NCBI GenBank assembly: GCA_965203175.1
Contig: OZ241867.1
Location: 640,001 to 704,000 of the forward strand
Reading direction: 5' to 3'
DNA length: 64,000 nt
From: Candidatus Latescibacterota bacterium
GTDB lineage: Bacteria > Latescibacterota > UBA2968 > UBA8231
The first letter of the stretch is position 1; every line of letters begins with the position of its first letter. Positions 18,005 to 27,511 of this stretch are shown one piece after another. Below the pieces are notes generated by a model that saw only the letters and a list, made by a program, of their open reading frames with translations, was not told the DNA's origin and searched no databases. Position numbers and translations under genes: made by a program.

Positions 18005-20698
18005 ATGTACCACCTAAACGCAGTCAGCGCCGCATTGATCTTGCTCTTGGGATGCAACAACTCCCCCTCTCACAGTCCGCTCCCACAATTCGTCGATGTC
18101 GGCACCCAAGCCGGCTTGCAGTTCACCAACGTCTCCGGCAGCGCCGAGCAGCACTATATCGCCGAATCCGCGTCGGCTGGCAGCGCATTTCTCGATTACG
18201 ATGGCGATGGGTATTTAGACCTCTTCTTCGTCAATGGAACCCGGCTGGAGCAGCCGTCGGCCGAGGCGCGGAACCGGCTTTTCCGCAACGAAGGCGGACG
18301 CTTCCGCGAGGTCCCGATGGATTTAGGACCGAGCGGTTGGGGCATGGGCTGTGCTGTGGGCGACTTTGACAACGACGGCGATCCCGATGTGTACGCCACC
18401 TATTTAGGCCCCAATCGGCTCTATCGCAACGATGATGGGCAGGCTTTCCCCGAGGTCGCCCAAGCGGCTGGCGTGGCGGACGAGAGTTGGGGCTCCAGCG
18501 CGGCCTTTGGCGATTTGGACGGCGATGGCCTCTTGGACCTGTACGTTGCCAATTACGTGGCCTTTGACGTGGAAAATCCCCCAAGTCCCGACGTCAAATG
18601 TCCCTACAAAGGGCTAGACGTATTTTGCGGCCCCGGAGGCTTCACCCGTCAGCCCGACCGAGTGTACGCCAATGCGGGCGCGGACCGCTTTATCGACAAA
18701 AGCGCAGCCACCGGGCTGGACCAATACGCCTATCCGGGCCTCGGCGTGGTTTTCGGCGATCTCGATGCGGACGGCGATCTCGATATCTACGTGGCCAATG
18801 ATACAGCCCCTAACCTGCTGCTGCGCAACGACGGCGCTTGGCAGCTAACCGAGATCGGTATCGAAGCGGGCGTGGCCTTTAGCGGCTATGGCAAAGACCA
18901 AGCCGGCATGGGAGTACACAGCGGCGACTTTGACCGCGACGGGCGGCTCGACCTGTTCGTGACGAATTTTTCCAACGACGTCAACACGCTCTACCGCAAC
19001 GAAGGCGCCTTGCGCTTTACCGATGCCACGTACGAGGCTGGCCTCGGGGGAATCGCGCTGCCCTACTTGGGGTGGAGTACCGGTTTTTTCGACTTTGACA
19101 ACGACGGCTGGCTGGACTTGTTCGTGGCCAACGGGCACCTCTATCCCCAGTTAAACAGCTATGCCTCCGGCCTGCGCTATGCCCAGCGCAACTTGCTGTA
19201 CCAAAATCGCGAGGGACGCTTTGCCGAGGTCGGGGGCCAAATGGGGGCGGGGTGGGCCGTTGAAAAGGTCAGCCGGGCCGCTTCCCTCGGGGATATGGAC
19301 AACGATGGGGACGTCGATCTGTTAATCGTCAATCTCAACGACACTCCAACCCTGCTGCGCAACGACGGGGGCAACCGCAACAACTGGCTGGGCCTAAAGC
19401 TGATCGGCTCCGAGAGCAATCGGGACGCGATTGGTGCCCAAGTGCGCGTGCGAGCCGATGGCTTAGACCTCGTGCGCGAGGTGCATCGCGGTTATGGCTT
19501 TCAAGCCGGGCACGACCGGCGGCTGCTGATCGGCTTGGGAGCGCACGAGCAGATCGACGCGGTGGAAATCCGCTGGCCAGCGGGCCGGCAGCAAGTGTTG
19601 GAGTCACCGCCCTTGCGTAGCTACCTAGAAATTCGCGAGGGACGCGACGAGGTAGCGGTTGTTCCACGAAGCGATGCCAAGGAGCGCAAAGAGGAGGTTC
19701 TAACAGACCAGCCAGCCGCACTCCAAGAGCAGCCAACCACCGAGACCTTTCCTGCGGTCGGCGAGCCGCACTGGCAGGCCGACGATTACCTCAAGGCCAG
19801 CAAAGCCCTGTTCGCTGCGGCGCGCTACGGCGAGGTGCGAGCCGTGCTCGAACAGGGGCTGCGGCAGACGCCGGATTCGCTACCTTTGCGCTTTCACCTT
19901 GGGCTGTTGCTCGTCACCGGCCTAGGGCATTACGAAGAAGGCGCTCAGGTGCTAAAAGACGCCGTGCGCGACTATCCCACTTCTGTAGATTCTCACTTCT
20001 ACTTGGGCCGAGCCTATCTCGGCCTAAACCGCCTCGCCGAGGCCATTCAGTCGTTTGAGCGGGCCGTCGCTTTGGTGCCCTCGTCTTGGGAGTACCACAC
20101 TTGGCTGGGGCTGGCGAACATGGGGGCCGATAGCTTGCGAGCCGCAGCGGCCGCCTTTGAACAGGCCGCAGAGCAGGCCCCTTGGGAGCCCAACCCTCAC
20201 CTACAACTGGTCACTGTGTACAACAAGCTCGGGCGTATCGAAGACGCGCAAAAAGAGCAGCAGCTTTTCGAGCGCTTCTTTCCGCTACACAAGAAGGTGA
20301 AAAATCTCCAACAGCGGCTCGAAGCAATGCCGCAAGACGCCTCGGCTCACAGCGAGTTGGGCACGGCTTACGGCCGGCAGGGGCGTCTCGCAGAGGCGCT
20401 GGCGTCTTTCCAGCAGGCTGTCGAACTGGACCCGCAGCACGGTTTGGCGCATTTGGGCATGGGCACAGTGCTCTTTCGCATGGGGCAGCCGGATCGAGCT
20501 ATATTGTCGTATGAACAAGCCTGCCAGGTGCAGCCGAATTTGGTGGAAGCCTACCAAGACCTGGGATATGCCTATGCGACGCAAGGACGCTTGCGCAAGG
20601 CCATTGCCACGTGGGAACAACTGTTGCAGCAAGTCCCCGACCATCCCAACGCCCACCGCTGGATTCGCCAAGCTCGCGCGAAAAGCCAACAGAGGTAG
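18005..20698 (+). CDS. CRTAC1/ASPIC-UnbV FG-GAP lipoprotein fused to C-terminal TPR array
   Basis: Lipobox LLGC, many DxDxDG repeats, UnbV motifs SNRDAIGA, IGLG, EIRWPAG; TPRs in the last ~300 aa. Confidence 0.9.
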   Translation: MYHLNAVSAALILLLGCNNSPSHSPLPQFVDVGTQAGLQFTNVSGSAEQHYIAESASAGSAFLDYDGDGYLDLFFVNGTRLEQPSAEARNRLFRNEGGRFREVPMDLGPSGWGMGCAVGDFDNDGDPDVYATYLGPNRLYRNDDGQAFPEVAQAAGVADESWGSSAAFGDLDGDGLLDLYVANYVAFDVENPPSPDVKCPYKGLDVFCGPGGFTRQPDRVYANAGADRFIDKSAATGLDQYAYPGLGVVFGDLDADGDLDIYVANDTAPNLLLRNDGAWQLTEIGIEAGVAFSGYGKDQAGMGVHSGDFDRDGRLDLFVTNFSNDVNTLYRNEGALRFTDATYEAGLGGIALPYLGWSTGFFDFDNDGWLDLFVANGHLYPQLNSYASGLRYAQRNLLYQNREGRFAEVGGQMGAGWAVEKVSRAASLGDMDNDGDVDLLIVNLNDTPTLLRNDGGNRNNWLGLKLIGSESNRDAIGAQVRVRADGLDLVREVHRGYGFQAGHDRRLLIGLGAHEQIDAVEIRWPAGRQQVLESPPLRSYLEIREGRDEVAVVPRSDAKERKEEVLTDQPAALQEQPTTETFPAVGEPHWQADDYLKASKALFAAARYGEVRAVLEQGLRQTPDSLPLRFHLGLLLVTGLGHYEEGAQVLKDAVRDYPTSVDSHFYLGRAYLGLNRLAEAIQSFERAVALVPSSWEYHTWLGLANMGADSLRAAAAAFEQAAEQAPWEPNPHLQLVTVYNKLGRIEDAQKEQQLFERFFPLHKKVKNLQQRLEAMPQDASAHSELGTAYGRQGRLAEALASFQQAVELDPQHGLAHLGMGTVLFRMGQPDRAILSYEQACQVQPNLVEAYQDLGYAYATQGRLRKAIATWEQLLQQVPDHPNAHRWIRQARAKSQQR

Positions 20699-20727
20699 CG
20701 CCACCATCCCGACAAAAGGAAGCAGCA

Positions 20728-21513
20728 ATGACCGATTTCAAAACAACCTATTTCAACGACGGCTTCGTCGTCGTCGATGACGCCGTAGAGCCGGACCTGC
20801 TCGACCGCTTGGAGGCAGCGGGTCGGCGGGTGGTAGATAAGGTGCGCTCGGGACAAGTCGATGTCTCCGGCCAAGGCCCCAATGCCACGGGCATCTTGGG
20901 CCTGATCGCCCCAGAATTCGCCGAACCCGCATTCGCCGAATACCTGATCTCCGCTCCAATCACCCGCTACGCCGAAGCCTTCTTAGGGCCGGAGCTGCGG
21001 CTCGGACACGTGCATCTGTGGTGTACAGAACGTCCCTACGACACCGGGTGGCACCGCGACATTGGCCAGCCGCCGGTCAATTACAGCGAAGCCGAGGAAA
21101 TGGCCATTCTCAACGAGCCATTCGTCAGCCTCAAATGGCAGACGGCCCTGCTCGACGACCCGTGCCTGTGGGTAGTTCCGGGGAGCCAGCAGCGCTATCG
21201 CACCGAGCCGGAAGCTGAGGTATTGTTCAGCAACACGCGTCAGCCAATTCCCGGCGGAATGCAGGTAGATTTGCAGCGCGGGCAAACCGTGTTTTGGAAC
21301 GGCAAAATCATCCACCGCGGCCACAAACCAGACGACTTGGAACGGCGGCTGAGCGTCACCGGCGGCCTGCGGCGCTACGATCCCCAAGAATCAATGGATT
21401 ATGTGGGTAGCGACTGGGAATGGCGTCTGTCCGACCGGGTGCGAGAAGCGCTGCCTGAGAAGGCACGACTTTACTACGACCGCTGGCGCGGCCTGCCTCG
21501 GGACGCCAACTAA
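20728..21513 (+). CDS. Phytanoyl-CoA dioxygenase (PhyH) family Fe/2OG oxygenase
   Basis: Start reassigned to ATG 20728 (RBS AAAGGA); WHRD, VVPGS, IIHRG. Confidence 0.85.
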   Translation: MTDFKTTYFNDGFVVVDDAVEPDLLDRLEAAGRRVVDKVRSGQVDVSGQGPNATGILGLIAPEFAEPAFAEYLISAPITRYAEAFLGPELRLGHVHLWCTERPYDTGWHRDIGQPPVNYSEAEEMAILNEPFVSLKWQTALLDDPCLWVVPGSQQRYRTEPEAEVLFSNTRQPIPGGMQVDLQRGQTVFWNGKIIHRGHKPDDLERRLSVTGGLRRYDPQESMDYVGSDWEWRLSDRVREALPEKARLYYDRWRGLPRDAN

Positions 21514-23138
21514 TTTGCAAACGCTTCCTTAGCGTCCCCAGCAGACACCACGCGGTAAATCCTCACGCTCGCCGTCACCTTCTCCAGCGCGAGATGCTCG
21601 TCCCACACCTCAAACTGCGTGGCGCGCTCGGCAAACCAATCGCTCTCCACTAGCACGTGCCTGATCTGGAGGCGCCGCAGCGCCGAAATGCTGCTCGCGT
21701 TCGGAAACCCCTCCATGATGCGCGACAGGGCGTGAACGTGCTGCGGCACAAAGCTGGCAAATCCATTGGCCATAGGCCGCCCGTGATACATCTGACAGTT
21801 CATCCAATGCGTCGTCTGATCAAAGCGGTCGGCCCGGCCACTGGCGACCATGGGCACATGGACGATGCGAGTATCCGGCGGGGCCTCTCGCAGCCACTGG
21901 ACCCATTCCTGCGTCGGCACTTCCCACTTGAGCAGCGGCACTGGCGCGGACAGCCAATCGACGGCCACGAGCAAAACAACCAAGCACTGCGCCCACCGGC
22001 GGCCCAACCAAACCAGCCCCAAGGCCGCGAGCAACGCGACAAATAGCTGCGCCAGCCCGGCAAAACGCCACAAATTGCGCGCGTACTCAAACCCCACATA
22101 ACACATCCGCAGCACCTCGTACGGAGCGTTCCACGGCGCGTCGAGGCGAGGTCCGAAAGACAACAATACGCAACCCAACGCCGCGCCGAGACAGAATAAC
22201 ATCCAGCGCCGATAGCACCGGTTTGTCAGACCAAACCAAATCCCGGCCAAAGCCAAAGGCCACACGGCCACCCCAAAGCCCAGCGCATGACCCCGCCAAT
22301 CGGGTGGACGTTGCCGCAGCCAGTTGGTGGCCGGCATCTTTGCGTAGTCGTCAACGCGAGCACTCGTGCGGCGGATCGTCTCTTCCGAGCGATACCGCTC
22401 CATATCCAATTCGCCCAGCACGCGCAGTTGCCCAATGGCTATCGGCGCAACCAACGCGCCGCACAAGCTTAGCGCCGCAACGGGCGCGAGAAGACGCCGA
22501 GGCGGCCAGCACAGGACGAAGTAACCCGCCACTGCTACCGGCCCGAACAACAGGGCCGTGTGCGAAGCCGTGTGAAAGCACACGGCCATCCAAACGCCGC
22601 ACTTTAGCAGCGGACCGAACCCTCCGTCGCGCCGGAACTGGACCGTGCAGGCCAGTACCATTATGCAGGGGAACAGGACGACCGTCTGGACGACGCCGAG
22701 CTGATCGGCAGCCAAGGGCAGCATCTCCACGAGAACGCCCCCGGCCAAGGCCGCCCCCAGCGGAAAGCGCAATTGGCGCAGCAAGAAAAAGCCGCTCCAG
22801 CCATTCAACGCCAGAATCGCCAGCAAAATTGCGTTGTATGCTAGGGGCGGGGAGTCGGCAATTAGCAGAATGATGCCAAAGGCCAAACCGGTCAGCCATT
22901 GGGGTTCCGAATAGGCAAAGGCCGCGGGATTGGGATGGAAAATCGGCGCGTTCCAGTAGTCGAGGTATCCGTGCGTCAGCCGGTCGCTGTTCCACCACAG
23001 CGTCCACATCTCCCAGCGCACCGTGGTCGCGGTCGGATAATTTCCAAAGGGAACGTGCGTGGTCAGATGCAGACCCAGCGGCGCGGTCTGGACAAGAGCG
23101 ACGGCGACAAAAAGAGCCGGTATGGTCACGCGGCGCAT
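21510..23138 (-). CDS. Polytopic membrane protein, GT-C/YfhO-like
   Basis: WNAPIFHP...AYSE N-terminal loop, many TM helices, LSFGP, periplasmic tail with HGRPMANGFASF.P. Confidence 0.7.
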   Translation of the reverse strand: MRRVTIPALFVAVALVQTAPLGLHLTTHVPFGNYPTATTVRWEMWTLWWNSDRLTHGYLDYWNAPIFHPNPAAFAYSEPQWLTGLAFGIILLIADSPPLAYNAILLAILALNGWSGFFLLRQLRFPLGAALAGGVLVEMLPLAADQLGVVQTVVLFPCIMVLACTVQFRRDGGFGPLLKCGVWMAVCFHTASHTALLFGPVAVAGYFVLCWPPRRLLAPVAALSLCGALVAPIAIGQLRVLGELDMERYRSEETIRRTSARVDDYAKMPATNWLRQRPPDWRGHALGFGVAVWPLALAGIWFGLTNRCYRRWMLFCLGAALGCVLLSFGPRLDAPWNAPYEVLRMCYVGFEYARNLWRFAGLAQLFVALLAALGLVWLGRRWAQCLVVLLVAVDWLSAPVPLLKWEVPTQEWVQWLREAPPDTRIVHVPMVASGRADRFDQTTHWMNCQMYHGRPMANGFASFVPQHVHALSRIMEGFPNASSISALRRLQIRHVLVESDWFAERATQFEVWDEHLALEKVTASVRIYRVVSAGDAKEAFAN

Positions 23139-23139
23139 A

Positions 23140-24033
23140 TTACTTCAACCCGCAACACCGCCGCTGCACAATGCGATCAACCGTCATGCGTTCGATCCCC
23201 AAGTGTTGAAAAACATCCGGCGCTTCTTTTTTGGCTGCTTCCGTAAGAGCGACGAGGAAATCAATCGGCACTTGGGTTCGGGGTCTGAGCCGCAACAAGG
23301 CTCTACCCGGCCACGTAATGCACTGAACGGGGAACGGCACCAACAGGGGCTTGTTGCCTTGTACGCGAGCCAACTGGCGCATCAAGTCCACAAAGCGGAT
23401 GGATGCTCCATACATGGACCAAACGCCTTGATCAGCATCCTGTCCCCGGCGGCCAATCAAGGCGTGTAGAACTTGGACGATGTCGCCTATCCACAGCGGC
23501 CGCACCAAGAACCGGCCCCCATTGGGAGCGGGCAGTACCTTCAGCCGCGATAGGTTAGTCAGCGCGTCAAAGGTCGCCGCCAGCGGCCCTCCCATCTCGC
23601 CGACGATCATGCTTGCCCGCAGGCAAATCGCGTCTAAGGCACTTGTGCCGATGAGCTGTTCGGCGCGATTCTTCGAGCGGCCGTAGAGCGAATATTCAGA
23701 GGTAGCCAAGTCCGTACTAAAGAAAATCAGCCGCGCACCGGGGTTGTATTTTTCCATCAGGCCAATCAGCCGGCTCGTCAGCTCGACGTTGGCAGCAATC
23801 ATGGCGTCTTGGTCGCGTCCGCGCACAGCCGCGGCCAAATGAATGACCGCATCAGCCGACCGCACGTATTCCGCCAAGTACTCCTCGTCGTAGCGGCGGA
23901 TGCGGGTGTAGTTAGCGGTCGCAACATCTTTGCGGCCCAGCCACACGGCTTGCTCCCAAGCCGCTGCCGCCATTAGTTGTTGACCCACGTAACCGCTTGC
24001 GCCCGTAATCAATAAACGCGGAGAATCCGCCAT
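23140..24033 (-). CDS. NAD-dependent epimerase/dehydratase family protein
   Basis: LITGASGYVG, VIHLAA, YGRSK catalytic YxxxK; start reassigned to ATG 24033. Confidence 0.88.
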   Translation of the reverse strand: MADSPRLLITGASGYVGQQLMAAAAWEQAVWLGRKDVATANYTRIRRYDEEYLAEYVRSADAVIHLAAAVRGRDQDAMIAANVELTSRLIGLMEKYNPGARLIFFSTDLATSEYSLYGRSKNRAEQLIGTSALDAICLRASMIVGEMGGPLAATFDALTNLSRLKVLPAPNGGRFLVRPLWIGDIVQVLHALIGRRGQDADQGVWSMYGASIRFVDLMRQLARVQGNKPLLVPFPVQCITWPGRALLRLRPRTQVPIDFLVALTEAAKKEAPDVFQHLGIERMTVDRIVQRRCCGLK

Positions 24034-24057
24034 CTCGTCCCAATCCTGATTGCGCCG

Positions 24058-25392
24058 ATGAACATAGCACTCGTCCACGTCCTGAACAAAAGCAAAAAGT
24101 ACGGCCTCAATAAGGACCTAAACGGCGGCCTCGGCACGGCCGACGACTTTGGCGATTCCCTGGCGTTTGGCATACTAAAGCGCATCCGGCGCAAGTGGGT
24201 CCGCATCCCCATCGTCGAATTCGCGTTCTTGCAAAGCGTGCTCGTGGAACAAGGCCACGCGGTATCCTATTTTGAAGGCACCCTGCCACAAGGCGACTTA
24301 GACTTGGTATTGCTGTACGGCTCGCTCGTCGATTACCAGCGCGAAAACCAAGTGTGCCAATCGCTCAAAGAGAAGCTGCCCAAAGCCAAAGTAGGTTTCT
24401 GGGGGCCTTTCCCCTCGCGATTTCCCCAGCTATTTGACAGCGGCGACTTCGTCCTCCAAGGCGAGCCAGAGGCCTTTTTCTTGCACCAATTCGAGCACCT
24501 CGACCAACTCAAAGGCCACGTGGCAGTCACCTCGCCTGCCGACATGGAGGCCCTACCCGCACCTTCGTTTGACAACTTCCCCATCGATCAATACCGCTAC
24601 CTCCCCGCCATTGCCAAGCGGCCATTTGTCGCCTTGCAAGCGAGCCGCGGATGCCCTTTTAGCTGCCGCGCCTATTGTGCGTACGGCGAGTACCAAGGAG
24701 CGAAAATCCGCTTGCGGCCCGCGCGCAAAGTCGTCGATGACATCGTCCGGCTAAAGGAACAACACCGCATAAAAGCCATTCAGTTCAGGGACCCCCTCTT
24801 CGGCCTCCACAAGCCGTTTGTCCGCGAACTATGCGAAGAATTGAAACGGAGAAACGTCGAGATTGAATGGGGCATGGAAACCCGCCTCGACTTGCTCGAC
24901 GAAGACAACTTGCAACAGATGTTCGCCGTGGGGCTGCGCAACATCAACGTCGGCATCGAGACCCCCAACTCGGCCATCGCAAAAATCAACAAAAGGCCGC
25001 TAGTCGAGAAGCTGCACCAAGAGCGCATGATTGCGTTCTGCAAAAAGCTAGGCATCAAGGTCGCCGCCTTCTACATTTTGGCCCTAGAAGGCGACACCGA
25101 AGAGACCATCCGCGAAGCTGTGCAATACGCCATCAAACTCAACACCTATCTGGCCCGCTTTTCCGTTGCTACCCCGTACCCCGGAACGGCCTTTTACGAC
25201 CGGCTCGACCGCGCGGGCAGGATATCGACTTACGACTACGAAAAATACACCCAATTTCACCTCGTATTTGAGCACGAAAACTTGTCGGCTTCCCAAGTCA
25301 GACGCCTACTCGAAAAAGCCTATCTCCGCTACTATTGCCGTCCCGCCTACTGGGCCATGTTTGTCAAATGGAAGATGAAAAATTGGCGCTAG
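24058..25392 (+). CDS. B12-binding-domain radical SAM protein
   Basis: SRGCPFSCRAYC cysteine triad (CX3CX3C), GEPE, METR, VGIE, TPYPGT. Confidence 0.9.
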   Translation: MNIALVHVLNKSKKYGLNKDLNGGLGTADDFGDSLAFGILKRIRRKWVRIPIVEFAFLQSVLVEQGHAVSYFEGTLPQGDLDLVLLYGSLVDYQRENQVCQSLKEKLPKAKVGFWGPFPSRFPQLFDSGDFVLQGEPEAFFLHQFEHLDQLKGHVAVTSPADMEALPAPSFDNFPIDQYRYLPAIAKRPFVALQASRGCPFSCRAYCAYGEYQGAKIRLRPARKVVDDIVRLKEQHRIKAIQFRDPLFGLHKPFVRELCEELKRRNVEIEWGMETRLDLLDEDNLQQMFAVGLRNINVGIETPNSAIAKINKRPLVEKLHQERMIAFCKKLGIKVAAFYILALEGDTEETIREAVQYAIKLNTYLARFSVATPYPGTAFYDRLDRAGRISTYDYEKYTQFHLVFEHENLSASQVRRLLEKAYLRYYCRPAYWAMFVKWKMKNWR

Positions 25393-26729
25393 CGCGCCCT
25401 CACTGGCTCGCCGCGCTCGCGCTATGGCTCGTGGCCGCCTGCGCTGACGGCCCCGCCCAAACCCACTACGCCGAGTGCCAACGCCAAGCCGACGCCAAAA
25501 ACTACCTGCCGGCCATCCAAGCCTGTCAGCAGGCCCTCGACACTGAGCCAGAGTACGTGCAAGCGCGGCTGCTGTTGGGGAGGCTGTTGCTCAAACACGG
25601 CCAGCTCGACGTAGCCATCCAGCACTTCGAGTACATCATCCAACGCGACCCGCAGCACCTAGCAGCCTACGAGGCTCTCGGCGACTTGTACGTGCGGCAG
25701 CGGCGCAACGACCAAGCCATCGCCGCGTACCAAACAGCCCTTCAGCACGCGCCCGACCAGCCAGCTTTTTACCGCAAGCTGGCCCTCGTCTATGGCGATC
25801 AAAACCGCTACGCCGATGCCGTTGAGGTACTGCATAAAGCCTTGGAGTTGGAGCCACAACACGTGGCCACCCACTACAACTTGGGGCTAGTCTATCAGCG
25901 GCAAGCTCGCTACGCAGAGGCGCGGACGCAGCTACAGCAGGCCGCCCGGCTAGATCCCACGAACGCGGACGCTCACTACCGGCTAGGGCAGATCGAGGCC
26001 CAATTGGGTCAGTACTCGGCAGCCGAGGTCAGCCTGCGGGCGGCGTTGACTTGCCAAGCCGATCACGCCTTGGCCCTTGCCGCGCTCGGGCATGTCCTGC
26101 TCCAACAAGGGCGTTCGCGCGCAGCCGAAGCCGCGCTAGTGCAAGCCGTAGCGTCCGATCCGTTTGAACCCGAAGCCCTGCACCGGCTGGGAACGCTCTA
26201 TTTGCGGGAGGGGCGGCCCGAAGAAGGGCGCAAGCTGCTGGCGGCGTTTGCGCGCTTGCAGCCAGTGCGCGAACAAATCGAGCACTACCGCTATCTGCTC
26301 ACGCTCTACCCGGAGGACGCAGACGCTTACTATAATTTGGGGGTGCTTTACGGGGGTTTGGGGCACCGCGAAGCTGCGGCTGGCGAGTACCGCCGCGCCT
26401 TGGCCATCAATCCAGCCGACCTCGGAGCGCGCAACAACCTCGCCAACATCCTGCTGAATACCGGGCGAATCAATGCGGCCATCCAGCAATACGAACAGCT
26501 CTTGGCCCAGTACCCGCGCTATGCCCAAGGCTACAATAACTTGGGGGCGGCCTATCTGCGGCTAGGCGATGAGGAAGCGGCAACCCGCATGTTCCAAAAG
26601 GCCCTGTGGGCCGATCCAGAGTACGCGGATGCTCACTACAACTTGAGCATGCTGTACTTCAGGCAGGGACGACAAGCCGAGGGCCAAGCCGCTCTCGATA
26701 AGTATCGCTCTTTAACGAGGAAAAAATAG
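25368..26729 (+). CDS. TPR lipoprotein, copy 1
   Basis: Lipobox VAAC; about 12 TPRs (AHYNLG, YNNLG); likely start ATG 25368. Confidence 0.9.
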   Translation: MEDEKLALARPHWLAALALWLVAACADGPAQTHYAECQRQADAKNYLPAIQACQQALDTEPEYVQARLLLGRLLLKHGQLDVAIQHFEYIIQRDPQHLAAYEALGDLYVRQRRNDQAIAAYQTALQHAPDQPAFYRKLALVYGDQNRYADAVEVLHKALELEPQHVATHYNLGLVYQRQARYAEARTQLQQAARLDPTNADAHYRLGQIEAQLGQYSAAEVSLRAALTCQADHALALAALGHVLLQQGRSRAAEAALVQAVASDPFEPEALHRLGTLYLREGRPEEGRKLLAAFARLQPVREQIEHYRYLLTLYPEDADAYYNLGVLYGGLGHREAAAGEYRRALAINPADLGARNNLANILLNTGRINAAIQQYEQLLAQYPRYAQGYNNLGAAYLRLGDEEAATRMFQKALWADPEYADAHYNLSMLYFRQGRQAEGQAALDKYRSLTRKK

Positions 26730-26730
26730 A

Positions 26731-27498
26731 CTACTGCTCGGCCGGGCGCGGTTTGCGGGCCTTATAGACCTCTCGATCAAACGAATAGGCGATGTTCACG
26801 GTTTCCATGGGTTCGTCGCGGAAGTCGAAGCGCAGGGCCAACTCTTCGATCTCCACCACAAAGGAGGACACGTCTCTGTGCAAGGGCGGAAACACGATGA
26901 GGCCAATGGATTCCTGGCCGCTGAAGACGAACTCGTCGGTCTTGTACATGGTCTCCTGGAGGATGTCCTTCCGCTCTTCGGTCTTCAAATAGACGTTGCC
27001 GCCATAACCGACGGCATAGGGCCAATAGTACTCGACCATGGCGGCCAAGCTCAGCGCCTGATATTGGCGGCCATTGGCGGCCGTCAGCGAGATTTTCTCT
27101 GGGTTCAACCACACCTTGGGGAATTCGTAGTTTTTCACCTTTAAACTGAAGACCGTAAAGCGGGAGGGAGTCCACGACTGCTCCGGTGGATTCCAGTCCG
27201 AATACGTATAGGGGTTGAGCTCCATTTCGTATGGATTGAGATAAAAACTCGACTTATCCGGGCTGTGGGCGGCGAGCTGTCGGTTGAGGATTTCGTCGGT
27301 CAGAGGGCGCAGATTGACCTCTAGCCGGCCCTGGGTATAGGTAATACTGCGGTCGTCGCCAATCGACAACTCGGCGCTTTGCTGCTCGGTGACCGGTTGG
27401 ATGGGGCCGGCAAAATGCCGCATCCCGAGCCGGTGGCCGCAGCTAAGGAGGGATAGCGCGATGGCCGTTAAGACGAGGGTATAACCCGTTCTTTTCAT
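26731..27498 (-). CDS. Hypothetical lipoprotein, last gene of the FlgD-tail operon
   Basis: Start ATG 27498 with RBS AGGAG; lipobox LLSC; NPYTYSDW, RFTVFSLKVKNYEFPKV. Confidence 0.8.
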   Translation of the reverse strand: MKRTGYTLVLTAIALSLLSCGHRLGMRHFAGPIQPVTEQQSAELSIGDDRSITYTQGRLEVNLRPLTDEILNRQLAAHSPDKSSFYLNPYEMELNPYTYSDWNPPEQSWTPSRFTVFSLKVKNYEFPKVWLNPEKISLTAANGRQYQALSLAAMVEYYWPYAVGYGGNVYLKTEERKDILQETMYKTDEFVFSGQESIGLIVFPPLHRDVSSFVVEIEELALRFDFRDEPMETVNIAYSFDREVYKARKPRPAEQ

Positions 27499-27511
27499 AA
27501 CACTGCTCCTA

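Noticed and set aside
18005-20698. Enediyne biosynthetic cluster suggested by UnbV-like domain
   Set aside because: No PKS, thioesterase or UnbU-like gene seen nearby
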